Assembly (NCBI RefSeq): GCF_006345805.1 | Contig: NC_043000.1 | Coordinates: forward strand, 86,242,001-86,306,000 | DNA: 64,000 bases | Direction of reading: 5' to 3' | From: Octopus sinensis | Lineage: Eukaryota | Part shown: positions 1 through 13,271 of the stretch, in pieces | Layout of the letters: each line of letters starts with the position of its first letter | Numbering within the stretch: position 1 is the first letter of the stretch | Notes under the pieces: model-generated | Told to the model about the DNA's origin: nothing | What the model saw: the letters and a program-made list of their open reading frames with translations, nothing else | Database searches by the model: none | Translations under genes and position numbers: made by a program

Positions 1-98
1 AATAAAAATGTTACAAGATATGATATAAATACTTTGTTAGCAAAATCTTTTCGAATTTCAGAATCTCACTGTCAATATATAATTATTGATATATAGAA

Positions 99-1665
99 TT
101 TTATATCCATTTATACATTGGATATGCAGATTCCATGAAGTGGTGATGGACACAACTGTCTTCACACCACGTACTTCAAATTACTCTACTAAACACGATA
201 CTCCAATAAGTACAAACTGTCAACAATCTCAATGACTTCCTACAACTTCCATGAACTCTGAATGACCACTATGGCTTCTCTTGTCTCAACCAATACACTA
301 TTCTTTATAAGAGTTCAGCTAGTCCACTCTTTTGTGTTCCCAATTTTCGCCGCTTATATATCATTTTGCTTATTTGTTTTGGTACTATTCCATCTTTCCA
401 ACCTTCCCTTCCATTTTTATATATTTTGAAAAACACCTTGTCACTGATATTAAAATACTTTGCTGTATTTTTAGTGTTTTTCCTATTTGTTTTTCTTACT
501 GGTAACAGCTTATCAAAAATCGGCTTTATTTTTCAAGCAAACATTAGTTCCACAGGTACTTGCCTGAACAAGTATTTGGGTTTGGTGTTATCCTATAAAC
601 CTTCAAGAACTGTGTTAATGCTGCATCATCGACTAGCTCGTTTCTTGATTTCTTTCATGCTCTTTTAAATGTATCCACAAACCGTTCCCTTTATCTGTTT
701 GATCTTGGGTGATATGGTGGAATAGAAATGTGTTCAATTGAGTACATTTTGCAAAATATTTTTAAACTCATACACCATAAACTGCATATCGTCATTGGAT
801 ACTATGGTGTCTGGGACACCATATCTTGCAAAGAGTTCATGAAAAAATTCTGTTGTTACCATTGATGTTAGTTTCATACATCTACATATTTCTGGGCGCT
901 TAGTATAACTATCTACTACAATCAGATAATATGCACCATTTACTGGTCTAGTAAAATCTATATGAAGTTTGGTCCATGGACTGTCAGTTTTAGGCCACAG
1001 TTGGAATTTTACTGGTGGTGACTTGGCTGCAAGGGCACAACATCTGCAGGATTTCACTGACTCTTCAATATCACAGTCCACTGTAGGCCAATATATGTAG
1101 CTTCTCATTAGTGATTTCATTCTCAAATTCCCTGGATGACCAATATGAAATTCCTTTAATAAATGCTTTTGTAATGCAGCTGGCACTATGATTCTTTGTG
1201 CATATCTCAACACATTGTCACACAGTGAGAAATGATTTGCATTTGTGTTGCACATATTTTTGTTTTCTTTAGCCTTCAGTGTTTCTTTCATTTTTATAAT
1301 GAATTTATCATTCTCTGAATTTGATTTTATGTCTGGTAACATAACTGGCAGTTCACAAATAGTGTTACACAAAACATTTTTAATTTCATTTTCCGCTTGC
1401 AAAGCCGCACTCACAGTATCTTTGAATGGTTCTGTAGTTTTTGAAATCGATCTTGATAATCAATCAGCATGGCCTAATTTCTTGGATGGTATATACTCCA
1501 TCTTGAAGTTGTAGTTTAATAGTATTGTAGCCCAGTGTTGTAACCTATTAGCAGTATAGGTAGGAATTCCTTTTTTTCAACCCAAATATCGATAATAATT
1601 GTTGGTGTTCAGTCTATAGCTGAAAACTTGGACCATGCAAAAATCTGAAATTTTTCACAGTAAAA
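99..1665 (-). mobile_element. Degenerate Gypsy (Ty3) LTR retrotransposon 3' half: RNase H end, integrase and a partial LTR
   Basis: ORF 734-1414 has the integrase H2C2 zinc motif (HIGHPG...RSYIYWP...VKSCRCC) and core (WTKLHIDF, LIVVDSYTK, VPDTIVSND). The frame at ~1500-1620 reads IPTYTANRLQHWATILLNYNF (RNase H C-terminus). The reverse complement of ~99-345 resembles the LTRs at 15557 and 18496 (gaagtcattgaga, atatcc..ggatat). Confidence 0.85.
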
Positions 1666-3835
1666 CAATGTCTCAATAACTCAATAATTTATTCATCTAA
1701 CCCTTGCTAGCATTAAAAAATAGGCATAAGATGAAAGAAGGAAGAAACAAAGTAACAAACTTCCATTACTTTCTGTTGAGATGATATGTTGATGTTGAGT
1801 GAATGTTCTGTTGGCTAGAGCTGAGACCTGTTAGAGACATCAATGCATAAACCTTTTATTAAGTTTCTCAAATGAAATGATGGAAGAAGAAGACACAAAA
1901 AAATTTTATATTGCAGACGTAACCAATCCCTTTCAGCTGCTATTAATAAAGATTTTGATTAAATCTACTTATGAAGATTGAGATTAAATGAATTTAGTTA
2001 TTGATAGAAATATCATCATGCTGGCTTGGATGGGTTGGTTTGGCAGTATTCAATGGGTCAAAGGACTGTGTTATGCTCCAATGTCTACTTTGGCATGGTT
2101 TCTATGGTTGGATGCCCTTCATAATGCCAACCATTTTACAGAGTGCACTGAGTGTTTTTTTAGTGGGTGGGTACCCACACAAGTAGTGTCACTATGTAAC
2201 TCACAAGACTATAGAGTAGGAATATAGGAGAGAAGAAGGTGAATTTATGCTAGTGCTAAGAGGTCAAAGTATGACAGAGGGGAGATGAACAGGTTTGATG
2301 CTGTATAGGAGATACACATTATATAAGGGTGAATGAGTGTAATTAAGGTGAATCTAGAAGCAGAGATAAAGCGGGTGGTGAGGAGGAATGGTAAACTGAA
2401 GAAAGTGGGAAATTTATTGGCAAGTAATAGTTTTAAAAGATTTCTCAGACATAAAACTAATATGTGTGTGTGTGTGCATGCACATGCGCATGTGTATGAA
2501 TATATCTTAATATGTATAAGTATAAATAAAAGTTAGTATATTCAATAGTGTCAGATCAGTTGAAATTAAAGCACTTTTGGGTGTTCCGTTGATTTATGAA
2601 TACCAAGTTAGCATTTTTCTCTTTTTGCACTCACTGACAGCTTGCTCAGTCAAAATATTGTTGTTGCTGTTAGTGCTGGTGAAAGATTTCATGATTACAG
2701 TTAGTGTTTAGACCACCCTGAGAGATCAATTTACAGTTGGTGTGGTCAATTAGATATTTACTTAAACTGTTTAAGGAATAATATGATAAAGAGCTATAAA
2801 AAAAATATTTAGAAATTTAGTTCTTATTTTATATCTGATACTATCAGAAAGTCTTATGAATTTCTATGTCATGACGAAGCTGATTTAAAAACAGAATTAT
2901 TCTCTCTCTTTTAGAGAAATTAAGTTATAACTAAAATATGGAGTATTTGAAGAAGTAAATATGTATGGGTTTCCCAATTTAGAAATGTTACTACTCAGAT
3001 AGTATAATATCAGCTGCTATTGTAAAATGCAAGAAAATATGTTTGTTTAAATGGTTAAAAATAAGTTAGGAGCAGCCATATGTAAACATCTAAGAGGCTT
3101 CTGTGTACTTCAGATTGGAATACCTTTCAATCAGGTGAATGTTAGTCAAACTAGAACAATATTAGTTTCAGTACAAAGTGAAGATTATCACTAACTCGGA
3201 ACTATGAGAAGACTGACAGCAATAGGGTGTTATATTCCTTAATAACAATAATGATGGCTAGAAAGTATCAGATATGCAGTCTCTTCCTTAATAATAACAA
3301 TATAATCTGTCATGAGCAGATTTCTTGCTCCTAAAAATAACATTAGAATTGAAGGAGAATTTTTTCTCCCTTCCTCTTTGCTGTCTTCCCCTCACCATTT
3401 GACCAGTCTGTGAATGTCTGCATTATCTTTTATCTGTTCATAAATATTACAAAATACCCGGAAATCAAAATAAACAGCATGATATCAATATAACAATATT
3501 ATTTCCTTCATCTTTCTCAGCTATGTGTCATTAATAAAAGGTTGATATAATATTATAGTAAACTAGTCCTCCTGTAATTGTTTATCCTGATCTGAGTTTA
3601 GTCCAGAAAGAAGATAAGGTTGAAAGTATATTCAAAGATCCATTTCCCATGGGTTCACAGTAGCATACAAAATGTTTGCACATGTATTCCTTATCATCTG
3701 CTGCCCAGAAGTAGAAATCAACCAGCTGACATCCGCTGGTTTTCATGATTGCCAATGAGATCCACCAAATTATTGTTTTTTTTTTTCTTTCACTTTTTCA
3801 AATGATACCTTTTACTCCCAAATGATACATTTACA

Positions 3836-4115
3836 GCATCCTGTTTCAAATCTGTTCTTATTAATTGAATACCATGCTTCCAAAATCTATCTTATTATAT
3901 ACATGCTTCCAAGATCTCTCTATTATAAAAATCTATCTATTATATAAATCTTCTTCTTTTTCTTCTTCTTTCATACAGATCTATCTGTTATATAAATCTA
4001 TCTGTTATTATATATCATACTTCCAAAATCTGTTATATAAATCTATCTGTAATCTAAACCTGTTATATATATTTGTCTGTTATTATATACCATGTTTCCA
4101 AAATTTATCTGTTCT
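3836..4115. repeat. Degenerate minisatellite of motif ~catgcttccaaaatctatctgttatata
   Basis: The motif and its sub-motif atctatctgttatata recur many times. This explains the low-complexity ORF 3865-4149. Confidence 0.6.
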
Positions 4116-5499
4116 CTTTGCTTATCCTAATGATGGTAATGTATTTTAGGAACTAGGGTTATGCTAAGGTCTATGAAACTGAGGATAGGATGGAGGGATG
4201 GGAGTTAGACTCTATAAGCTCTCATTAATTGAAAAGAAAGAGAACACTGTTCCCCTCTGTACACCTGCTCCATTTCCATCACTGGCTTACCCCCTACTTT
4301 AAGCATCTGAAACTCAAACTGTTTGAAGGTAAATATGATTTATCTAAATTAGCCATTTTAAAATAGAAAATACTCATTTTATCTTTAGCCTTCAAAAATA
4401 AAAATGAAAACAAAAGTTTTGTCGTATTTTATATATCTGAACACTAATTATTGATCTATTAAAATTTTAATTTTCATGTTGATATATTTTTTTCATAAAC
4501 ACTAAGTTTTATTAAATTATCTTGATTTGATGTTTTCTCTGTTTTATCTCAGTTAAGTTTTGCATCTTGGAGAGTATAAAAATATTTTAAAAAAATTATT
4601 AATATCCATCAAAACTTTAAAAAATTAAAAGCAATAACAAAAAAAATTTAACAGATTGTTGTCTGTGACATTTTAAAGTTCTTTCCAATATTAATTTCAT
4701 TAGAAATTCTGTTTAACCATTTAATTGCTGTTTTCAAACTTATTATTATAGGAATATGGCAAGGCAAGTAAAAAGAATGCCAATTAATCAGCCAAAGGGT
4801 TGACATATTTATCACTAGCCCAAATCCCTTCCATTCAATAACCCAGTGTCTGGTTTTCTTCATGTGAAGCATAGCACACAATTTCTCCATGGTACCTAGA
4901 ATATATACACCATGGAAAAAGAGCTATTATTTGTATCTCTGGCCCAAATCCCTTTCACTTAGTGATTTAGCCTCTCCATGGTATCTATAGTACACAAACC
5001 ATGGAAAAGTTCAGTTATAAACAATAGTCAGAATAGTCAGTACCACTGACAACTGTTTCATTAGCTTGTGATCTTAAACTCAAATCCAGAGGCCTTTAGT
5101 GGGGAATGGGATATCAGTCCAATATATAATCCCCAAGAAATATTTTAAGAAACATTACAAATGTGTTCTTTCTTCTGTCAGACATTGGTAAAATATGTTC
5201 CTGTCATATATGTGCATTGATTCAATAGATTCTGACTCTGCCCACCACTCCAAATGTATGATCATGTGTCAATGTAACAAAGTTCTATTGTTTTAGAAGA
5301 ATTTCAAGTAGTAGGAAATGATGAAAATAATAAAGAAATAGACTAAATCCTCTACCATATCAAATTTGTTATATTAGTGTTCTGAGATGACTTCGTAGGT
5401 GTTTTGGTTTAGCTATACAATCAATTCAATCTGACTTAAACTTAGATCCTGCAAAGTAGTTAGGTGCATAAGACAACAAGCTTCCTCCAGTATGGTTGA

Positions 5500-6170
5500 T
5501 TTAGCATACTTTATTGTGTCCCTGTCCAGTCAGGACCTGTGCATTTGAAACCATCCTGGAATGTCTGATGCCTAGTGTTCTTGGACTGGACCTTTTTCCA
5601 TTTTATTTCTTTCAGTATCTATGTCACTGCAGCCTTTGCATGCCAAGTGGCTAGAAGGTGGTACAAAATGTGATCATCCATGTGAATTTGACATAATACC
5701 ATGATGTTTTTCAATGGCTGTGATTTGCTTCACAGAAGGAGCCTATCACTTATAATTCTATTTTTTCAGATGACATTGTTGGTGGAATATATCCAGCTTC
5801 CTGTTAATTTTTATTGACATTTTCCATATTTCACTGCCAATCAGAACCATTGGCATGACTTACCAAACCATGTCAGTACTGATGCATGTTGTTACCCAGA
5901 TTTAGCCCAACACTTAATATATTCCGCACTTCATATGTTTTTTATTGTTTCTGTCATTATTGATCACACTACCAGGTAGGAGAAAATGTTTACATTTTTC
6001 CACAATCTATTGTCCAATAAAGATGGAAGGCTGGATAGAAGCATTAATCTTCATCTCCCCAGTGTTTTCAGTTAATTCCTGCTTGTTTTTTGATGTTGGT
6101 AGTTAGTTCTTTCAGCCTAACTCTAGTTTCTGCCAATTGTGTAATGTCATTGGCAAAGGCCAGAGACCAA
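5500..6170 (-). mobile_element. Highly decayed RTE-type LINE reverse transcriptase C-terminal fragment
   Basis: Minus-strand translation with stops and frameshifts gives LAFANDITQL, PGSVINND, IGSEIWKMSIKINRKLDIFHQQC, matching RTE RT domain 5 through the C-terminus. Confidence 0.6.
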
Positions 6171-7299
6171 TAAAATATATAGTAGCAACATAGACACTTG
6201 AGTCAATGACCTATAATCATAGAGTAGTAAAAACCAAAATATTGGAAACACTTAGTCTGTCTTCAATGTAAAGTATAACAGTACATTATCAACACCATCA
6301 TCCTTTCCTCCCCTCCAAACTCCACATCTTCATCTTTTAACATCCATCTTTCATGCTGTTATGAGATGGATGGTTTGACAGGATCTGACAGATCCAAGGA
6401 CTGTATCATGCTCCAATGTCTGCTTTGACAGACATTTGGTTTATGTGGCTGGATGTCTTTCCTAACACCCATCACTTTACAGCATGTATTGGGTGTTTTT
6501 TTTTAATGGCACCGGCACAACCGAAGTCTTTGTGCAGCTCACACATCTAAGATCCCCTTTAACTGAGTGGGGCTATATTAGAGAGTGAGCCAGCTCTTTG
6601 CTAGGAAATGAGGAGTTTAATGTATGAGAGAAGGGGCCAGCACAGAACAGGTTTTTTGCTGTTACTTATAGTATAGACAAGTGGGTGGAAGTAACCAAGG
6701 TAAAACTGGAAAGATAAATAAAATAGTGGTGGTGTGTGCCAGATACAAAACTGATGAGGTGAGTGAGGAGAGGGATAGCATAAATAAATAGAATCATGAA
6801 AGTCCCGCAGAGATGATACAAAAGGTGACTAAATGACACAGAATATGATTGTTAATATAAGGGAAAAGCTAAACTTGAATGCTATAGTATTCCAGCACCT
6901 GACATCTAGTGTGTTAATGACATGCTCCCAAAATAACATTCAGTTGTAAATCATGAATATTTTAAAGAATATATCAAACAGAATTGTTTTAAATAATAAC
7001 ATTTGATTTTTTTTCTATTAAAATTTCATGTTTTTATCAAATATTATTTTTAAAAAAATGAAGGAAAAAAGGTATTTCATATTTTTTCATCATTATAAAA
7101 TACAATCAATGCTAGTCAAAGGATTTAGTCGTATCTTTGAAAAGCTTCCTAAGCTCTGCTAATGGAGATGATGGAAGTTAAAAGTAGCAAGATCATAAAG
7201 TTCAAATTTTCAAGAAAATCAATAGAACCAATTAAGAAATATTACAACAAAAATAATTTTTTACTAAGTGAGAATAAAAACAGAATCAGATACTGTTTT

Positions 7300-7378
7300 A
7301 CTACTACTACTACTACTACTATAACTACTACAACTACTACTACTACTAGTACTAGTGGTAGTGGTGGTGGTGATAGTG

Positions 7379-7417
<39 letters not shown>
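7300..7417. repeat. Self-complementary trinucleotide microsatellite, (CTA)n followed by (TAG)n
   Basis: Seen directly; the centre is ACTAGTACTAGT at ~7345-7356. Confidence 0.85.
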
Positions 7418-7646
7418 ATGCCAGCTGGCTGAATCATTAGAGCATCATAAAAAAATTATTTGCAGTATTTCTTCTATGTCCTGAGTTCAAATATAGTTGA
7501 AGTCAACTTTGCTTTTCATCCTTTTGTGGCTGATAAAACAAAGTGCCAGTCAAGTACAGGGGCTGATGTAATTGACTAACCCACGCCTCCTAAAATTGCT
7601 GGCCTTGTGCCAAAATTTGAAATCCTCCTTCTCCTTCTCTTTTTTA

Positions 7647-8030
7647 CTCTTTTACTTGTTTCAGTCATTTGACTGTGGCCATGCTGAAGCACCACCTTTA
7701 GTCGAGGAAATCGACCCCAGGACTTATTTTTTGTGAGCCTAGTACTTATTCTATCAGTCTCTTGTCGAACCGCTAAGTTATGGGGGCAAACACAGACACA
7801 CAAACATATACACACACACATACATATATATATATATATGTTTGCGTATATATACATATACATATATACGACAGGCTTCTTTCAGTTTTCTTCTACCAAA
7901 TCCACTCACAAGGCTTTGGTTGTCCCAAGACTATAGTAGAAGATGCTTGCCCAAGGTGCCATACAGTGGGACTGAACCCGGAACCATGTGGTTGGTAAGC
8001 AAGCTACTTACCACACAGCCACTCCTATGC
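7647..8030 (-). mobile_element. tRNA-derived SINE, long family with an internal (CA)/(TA) tract
   Basis: Minus strand reads gtggctgtgtggtaagtagcttgcttaccaaccacatggttccgggttcagtccc (A-box and B-box-like head) through gactgaaacaagtaaaagag. Same family as the copies at 23059, 32683, 33841 and 44256. Confidence 0.85.
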
Positions 8031-8720
8031 CTTCTCCTTATTATTATTATTATTATTATTATTATCATCATCATCATCATCATTATTAAAGGTGGCAAGC
8101 TGGCAGAATTATTAAAGTGTCTCAAAAGATGCTTTGTAGTATTTCTTCTGACTCTTTACATTCTGAGTTCAACTTTGCCTGCTATCTGTCTCTATGTAAA
8201 AGATGTATTGCTTATAAAATTTAAAAACCCATGCTAGTATGGAAAATGGACATTAAACAATGATGAACAAAACATTATATCAAACCTAAAAAAAGAATAC
8301 CCTCAAGACACTGGTGCCTCTCAGTGTGCCAAATATCCAAGCAAAAATACTTACTAGTGCATTTGGTTGCATTCAAACACATTTTGAAAACTGGTTGACA
8401 TGTTCCTAGAGTATTTAAGTTAACCTAACCATTAATTTTTCAGGTTTTATTTCTTGTTTTAATTGTTGTATATATTATATTGTAAATTAAAATCAATTTT
8501 TGTGTAAACATGTGTGCATGTATGCATATATATATGTGTGTATGCACATGTGTACATGTATGTGTCTGTGTGTGTGTACATATATATATATGTCCTGAAC
8601 ATAAATATTAATATTAATAATATGAATATAATGAATTCATAATATGTATGTATGTGTGTGTGTGTGTGTGTGCATGTATGTATATATATAAACTCTGTGA
8701 TATATATATATATATATATA

Positions 8721-8844
8721 CTCTTTTACTTGTTTCAGTCATTTGACTGCGGCCATGCTGGAGCACCGCCTTTAGTCGAGCAAATCGACCCCGGGACTTA
8801 TTCTTTGTAAGCCCAGTACTTATTCTATCGGTCTCTTTTGCCAA

Positions 8845-8848
<4 letters not shown>
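8721..8848 (-). mobile_element. 3' fragment of the long SINE family, flanked by (TA)n
   Basis: Closely matches the 7647-7770 segment. Confidence 0.75.
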
Positions 8849-8886
<38 letters not shown>

Positions 8887-8920
8887 TATTAAGTACCCAT
8901 GTACATTTCGTCAAACTGAG

Positions 8921-8957
<37 letters not shown>

Positions 8958-8967
8958 AACACAAAGC

Positions 8968-10012
8968 AATGGAGATTTATTCATAATTTAATCAACTATA
9001 TACATTTCAAGGAGAATGGCTTACCTCAAAATGCTGCAACACATCAAATATGCACATTAAATCGATCCCATATTTGATCAATTAAAGTGTTACAGAGAGA
9101 GATGAATTCAACACCATCTTATGCTTATCAAAACTATACCATCACTGCTTATATTATTGTACCATTAAAGGGTGTGAGTAGTAGAATTTGCTCAGCTCAT
9201 AACCTAAACTTATATGTGACCATTTCCTAAGTCAATGGGACAAGGAAGTATTCTTTATAGACCTACTTAGGATTTGTATTTATCAGGCCGTGACAGAATT
9301 GTAATTTTGATTTTTTAACTCTAAAGGTATATACTTCTTCTTACAATTAACATACTTATAATATACTAGATTCATCCAATAAACAATTAATTTTAATTAG
9401 AGTCCTTAGACTCTGATGTAATTTAGTCTCTTTCATCCTGGATTTTATTTCATATTTTGTATTTTTTAAAATTGCCTTACATCATCTTCCTTATCCAAAT
9501 TTAGAATATAATTATTCCTAACATGTTGTTTTCTAACATGTAATGGAATATTCTCCTTAATGAATACCAGCTTTCCAATTTTTTTCCTTTAGACTTCTCA
9601 TTAATTCAGTTCATCTTCATCCATTCATTGTACTGCTGTTTGATTTTATCTAGCTACCCAGTGTGTTTGAATATACCATATATTGAATTACATACAGTTC
9701 TATCATGAATCCTAAATAGGTTTATAAAGAAAAGTTTCCAACCATCAGACTGAGGAAATGGGCAAAAATAGGTGTAGGAATGAGCTGACCCAAATTTACA
9801 ATTCATTTCCTTAAAATGTTTAACAATATAAGCAGTGGTGATATAGCTTCAATAAGAATAGGATGGTGTTGAATTGATCTCTCCCAATAGCATTTTAATC
9901 AAACAAATATGAGATTGATTAAATATGCATAATTGATGCATTGCACCATTTTGAGGTATGGCATTCTATCTGAAACATACATAGCTGATTAAATCATGAA
10001 TAAATCTCCATT
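8968..10012. mobile_element. Old foldback or long-TIR element, ~305-bp imperfect inverted arms around a ~430-bp AT-rich spacer
   Basis: The outer 17 bp are a perfect inverted repeat (AATGGAGATTTATTCAT / ATGAATAAATCTCCATT). Colinear inverted similarity continues to ~9274 versus ~9708 (shared blocks ttcaacaccatc, cactgcttatatt, tcagctcat, ccatttcct). Confidence 0.65.
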
Positions 10013-11767
10013 CTTTTATATTTTCCTACTATAGTCTGTGAGTATATACTGAATTCATTCAGTGTTTAAACTTCTGATTTGTAAATTGGATAATTGATGG
10101 AAAGATGTTTATAACCTATGAGTATTACTGTTGCATTCACTGGACAATTTATTTTGCTGGGTTTGATCCCTTCAGAGTGGCTAATAAAGAAAAGACTATT
10201 ATTATTATTATTAATATTAATATTATTATAATTATTATTATTATTATTGAGTGAGAGAGCAGTGAATGCCATCAAAGTGACACTGGGGCAAAATATCCGA
10301 AGCCCAATATACCCATCATGACTACCCATCTGATAAGGGTATACTAGGCACATCCATTACAACCATATGTGCACGACACGGTGATCTCATATCAAGATTA
10401 AGAGAGTAGGAATAATGTCAGTCAGACTAGTAGTGCATGGTAGCTGATCCAGTTGCTACATTTATGAAAGTAAAGGCTACTTGAGGGTCTTCTGTTCAGA
10501 AGAAGCAGAAAAGCAAAATATAAAGAGAGAGAGAGAGAGAAGACAGCAGAAATAGTGACCAACAGCTCTCTGAAATGAAGATTATAATTTTGACTGCTTT
10601 AGATTTAATATGGTTCTTTTTGTTCTGAGCGCAATCTACACTAGAGTTGATAAAAGTTTCATCTCTCTAGATTTATCAATTAAGTATCAGTAATATACAG
10701 AAATTGTTCCAATCAGCTCTAATTCCAACCATACAATATTGGCTTTGTAGGAAATTGAAGAAAATCATCTTCAAAGAACGTCCTCTGTTGTATTAGTAGG
10801 TGTAATAGTGGTGGTAGTTGTGGTGATAATATTAATAGTAGTAATGATAGTAGTATTATAATAAACATGACTGCAAGATATCTCTTCAAAGGATTTCTTT
10901 AAAATATTCAAGTAGCCACATTAAAGTGTAATAATAACATATAAAGAACTGATCACTTGCAAATAATATATGGAGATTTGATTTAAGTCCAGTGCTTACA
11001 TCCCTAAATTAAAGATCACTTTGTTGCTTGATTTTTTTTTTTGACCATTCCTTGTACACTGGGTTTTAGAGTTAATTTACTGAGTTGCTATCTTTAGTGT
11101 TATAGTAATAGACCATGCTTGCTTTTATTTTTAATATTTTTACACTAAAATATATTTCATGGCGTGGAATTAAACTTATGAATCAAAGCATTTGATAAGA
11201 GTAAAGCGAAAGAAGATAATTAAGATTGCAACCAACAGATCCTATGAAAGATAGAGTAAAATGATGTGGAATATAATCACTAAGAATATGAGATGCGCAT
11301 GAAAAAATATAACATTTTTATGTTAGAGGAACCTATATCAAAGTATAGCATAGCAAAATGGATGGCTTAGCTGTTAGTTCATTTCTAGCACAATAAAAAA
11401 ATTACTTCATTTATAACAAAGTGGTTCAACAGAGGAGACAGTGTTTTAGCAATATGGTGAAGGCTTAGGGAATTTACCAATCAAGGAAAAATTAGGTCTT
11501 TAATGGTTTGACATTGAAAAATCGTCTAATTTCTGCTGGCTAGGCAGGAAACCAATTTTGTAAAAGAAGATTGATTGACAGGAACATTGTTTTAACGTCT
11601 ACTTTTCCATGCTTGCTATACGATATATATATATATATATTAATAAAAGGAATTCCAACCTTGTCTGATTTTCACGTTTTATTTACAATCTTATAATGAT
11701 ATAATATAATATGATATAATATAATAAAATAAAATAAAATAATAGAATGTTAAATGTTCATTCTAAT

Positions 11768-11812
11768 TGAACTAGTACTTTCATGCATTAAATTCTGCAA
11801 TCTTCAGGTTCA
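11768..11812 (-). ncRNA. Minimal type I hammerhead ribozyme motif, left arm
   Basis: Minus strand: UGAAC-CUGAAGA-U-UGCA-gaauuuaa-UGCA-U-GAA-AGUACU-A-GUUCA. Stem I is 5 bp, stem II is 4 bp, stem III is the palindrome AGUACU, and the cleavage triplet is CUA. Such motifs are established in Penelope-like terminal repeats. Confidence 0.8.
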
Positions 11813-12234
11813 TGTAGTAGTGGTGACAGTCATGCTTCACAATTTTTGACTGTAGCGAGATGATTGAACCTGTGCTTTAAATACAGCTGTGTAGGCTCCA
11901 GATGCTAGGTTTTGCAAACTGTATTCTGACCAATCAGTGTGTAGTATCACTCAATTACTTAAGCTGATTGGTTGGTTGAGCTGATTGGTTTAGGCGTCAC
12001 GCTTTGTTGGACATGTCAAGAGTCCTGTATCTTGACCCTGGCCAAAGCAGCAATTGTTGGGCTCTTTTTAGAAATGTTGTAAATAGCCTTTGTCAGAGAT
12101 TTTTATATTTTTATATTTCAATTGTCATCATCATCATTGTCAGCACCTTAATTATTGCTGCTAGTGGTGATGGTGGTGGCAATAGAACTTTTAACCCTAA
12201 ATAAGATAATTTTCCTGCTATCTAAGTATTATTA

Positions 12235-12720
12235 TTATTGCTTATTTAGCTTGGGTTCGAATTTATCAATAAAATTCTTTTCTCTGATTTTCCTCTTGAT
12301 TTCACTTGGGCTGTGTAATTTGTAGGATGGAAATATTATATATATTTTCTGGCCACATGTTGCTAGGTGGTTACTCAAAGGTATCTGACGGACCTCTAGG
12401 TCTCTAATCTGTTTCCGGTGTACACGTGAGCGTTCTGATAGTGTGTTTCCCGTCTGACCTACATATATTTCTTCACAATTTGGGCATTTGATGCAGTAAA
12501 TTAAATTTCTGCTTTTGCAGTTCATATTCGCGTTTGTGAATATTTTCCCGGTTTTTGTGTTTATATATTGGCCGGTATGTATGAATTGGCATGTGCCACA
12601 TCGGCTATCATTGCATTTAGATACAGTGAATGTTTGGTCTTTGTTGCTAAGGTCAAATTTTGCCTTTGTTAGTAATTTTTTCAAGTTTTTAGGCTGTCTT
12701 TTACTAAGAACCATAGCTCG
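12235..12720 (-). pseudogene. Penelope-like GIY-YIG endonuclease domain, left arm, 5'-truncated
   Basis: CNDSRCGTCQF zinc motif, NLIYCIKCPNCEEIYVGQTG (GIY-YIG), ERSRVHRKQI, LSNHL, and a KFEPKLN end. No RT is present. Confidence 0.9.
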
Positions 12721-13271
12721 CCATTGCCAAAGCAAACCTACAAATCATTGCCCAAAGTAATGAATTAAAAGACATAATCACGGATCGAGCTATGGTTCTT
12801 AGTAAAAGACAGCCTAAAAACTTGAAAAAATTACTAACAAAGGCAAAATTTGACCTTAGCAACAAAGACCAAACATTCACTGTATCTAAATGCAATGATA
12901 GCCGATGTGGCACATGCCAATTCATACATACCGGCCAATATATAAACACAAAAACCGGGAAAATATTCACAAACGCGAATATGAACTGCAAAAGCAGAAA
13001 TTTAATTTACTGCATCAAATGCCCAAATTGTGAAGAAATATATGTAGGTCAGACGGGAAACGTACTATCAGGATGCTCATGTGTACACCGGAAACAGATT
13101 AGAGACCTAGAGGTCCGTCAGATACCTTTGAGTAACCACCTAGCAACATGTGGCCGGAAAATATATATAATATTTCCATTCTACAAATTACACAGCCAAA
13201 GTGAAATCAAGAGGAAAATCAGAGAAAAGAATTTTATTGATAAATTCGAACCCAAGCTAAATAAGCAATAA
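12720..13271 (+). pseudogene. Penelope-like GIY-YIG endonuclease domain, right arm, 5'-truncated
   Basis: Same motifs as the left arm, plus the extra linker codons encoded in the spacer. The conserved Arg region reads GCSCVH here rather than ERSRVH. Confidence 0.9.

Noticed and set aside
1765-1822. 58-nt minus-strand exon candidate (LSSSQQNIHSTSTYHLNR)
   Set aside because: Moderate splice sites only, with no recognisable domain.
9010-9080. LIKYGIDLM... followed by GTAAGC as a second ankyrin exon
   Set aside because: An in-frame stop lies just upstream with no AG acceptor, and the segment is inside the arm of the foldback repeat.
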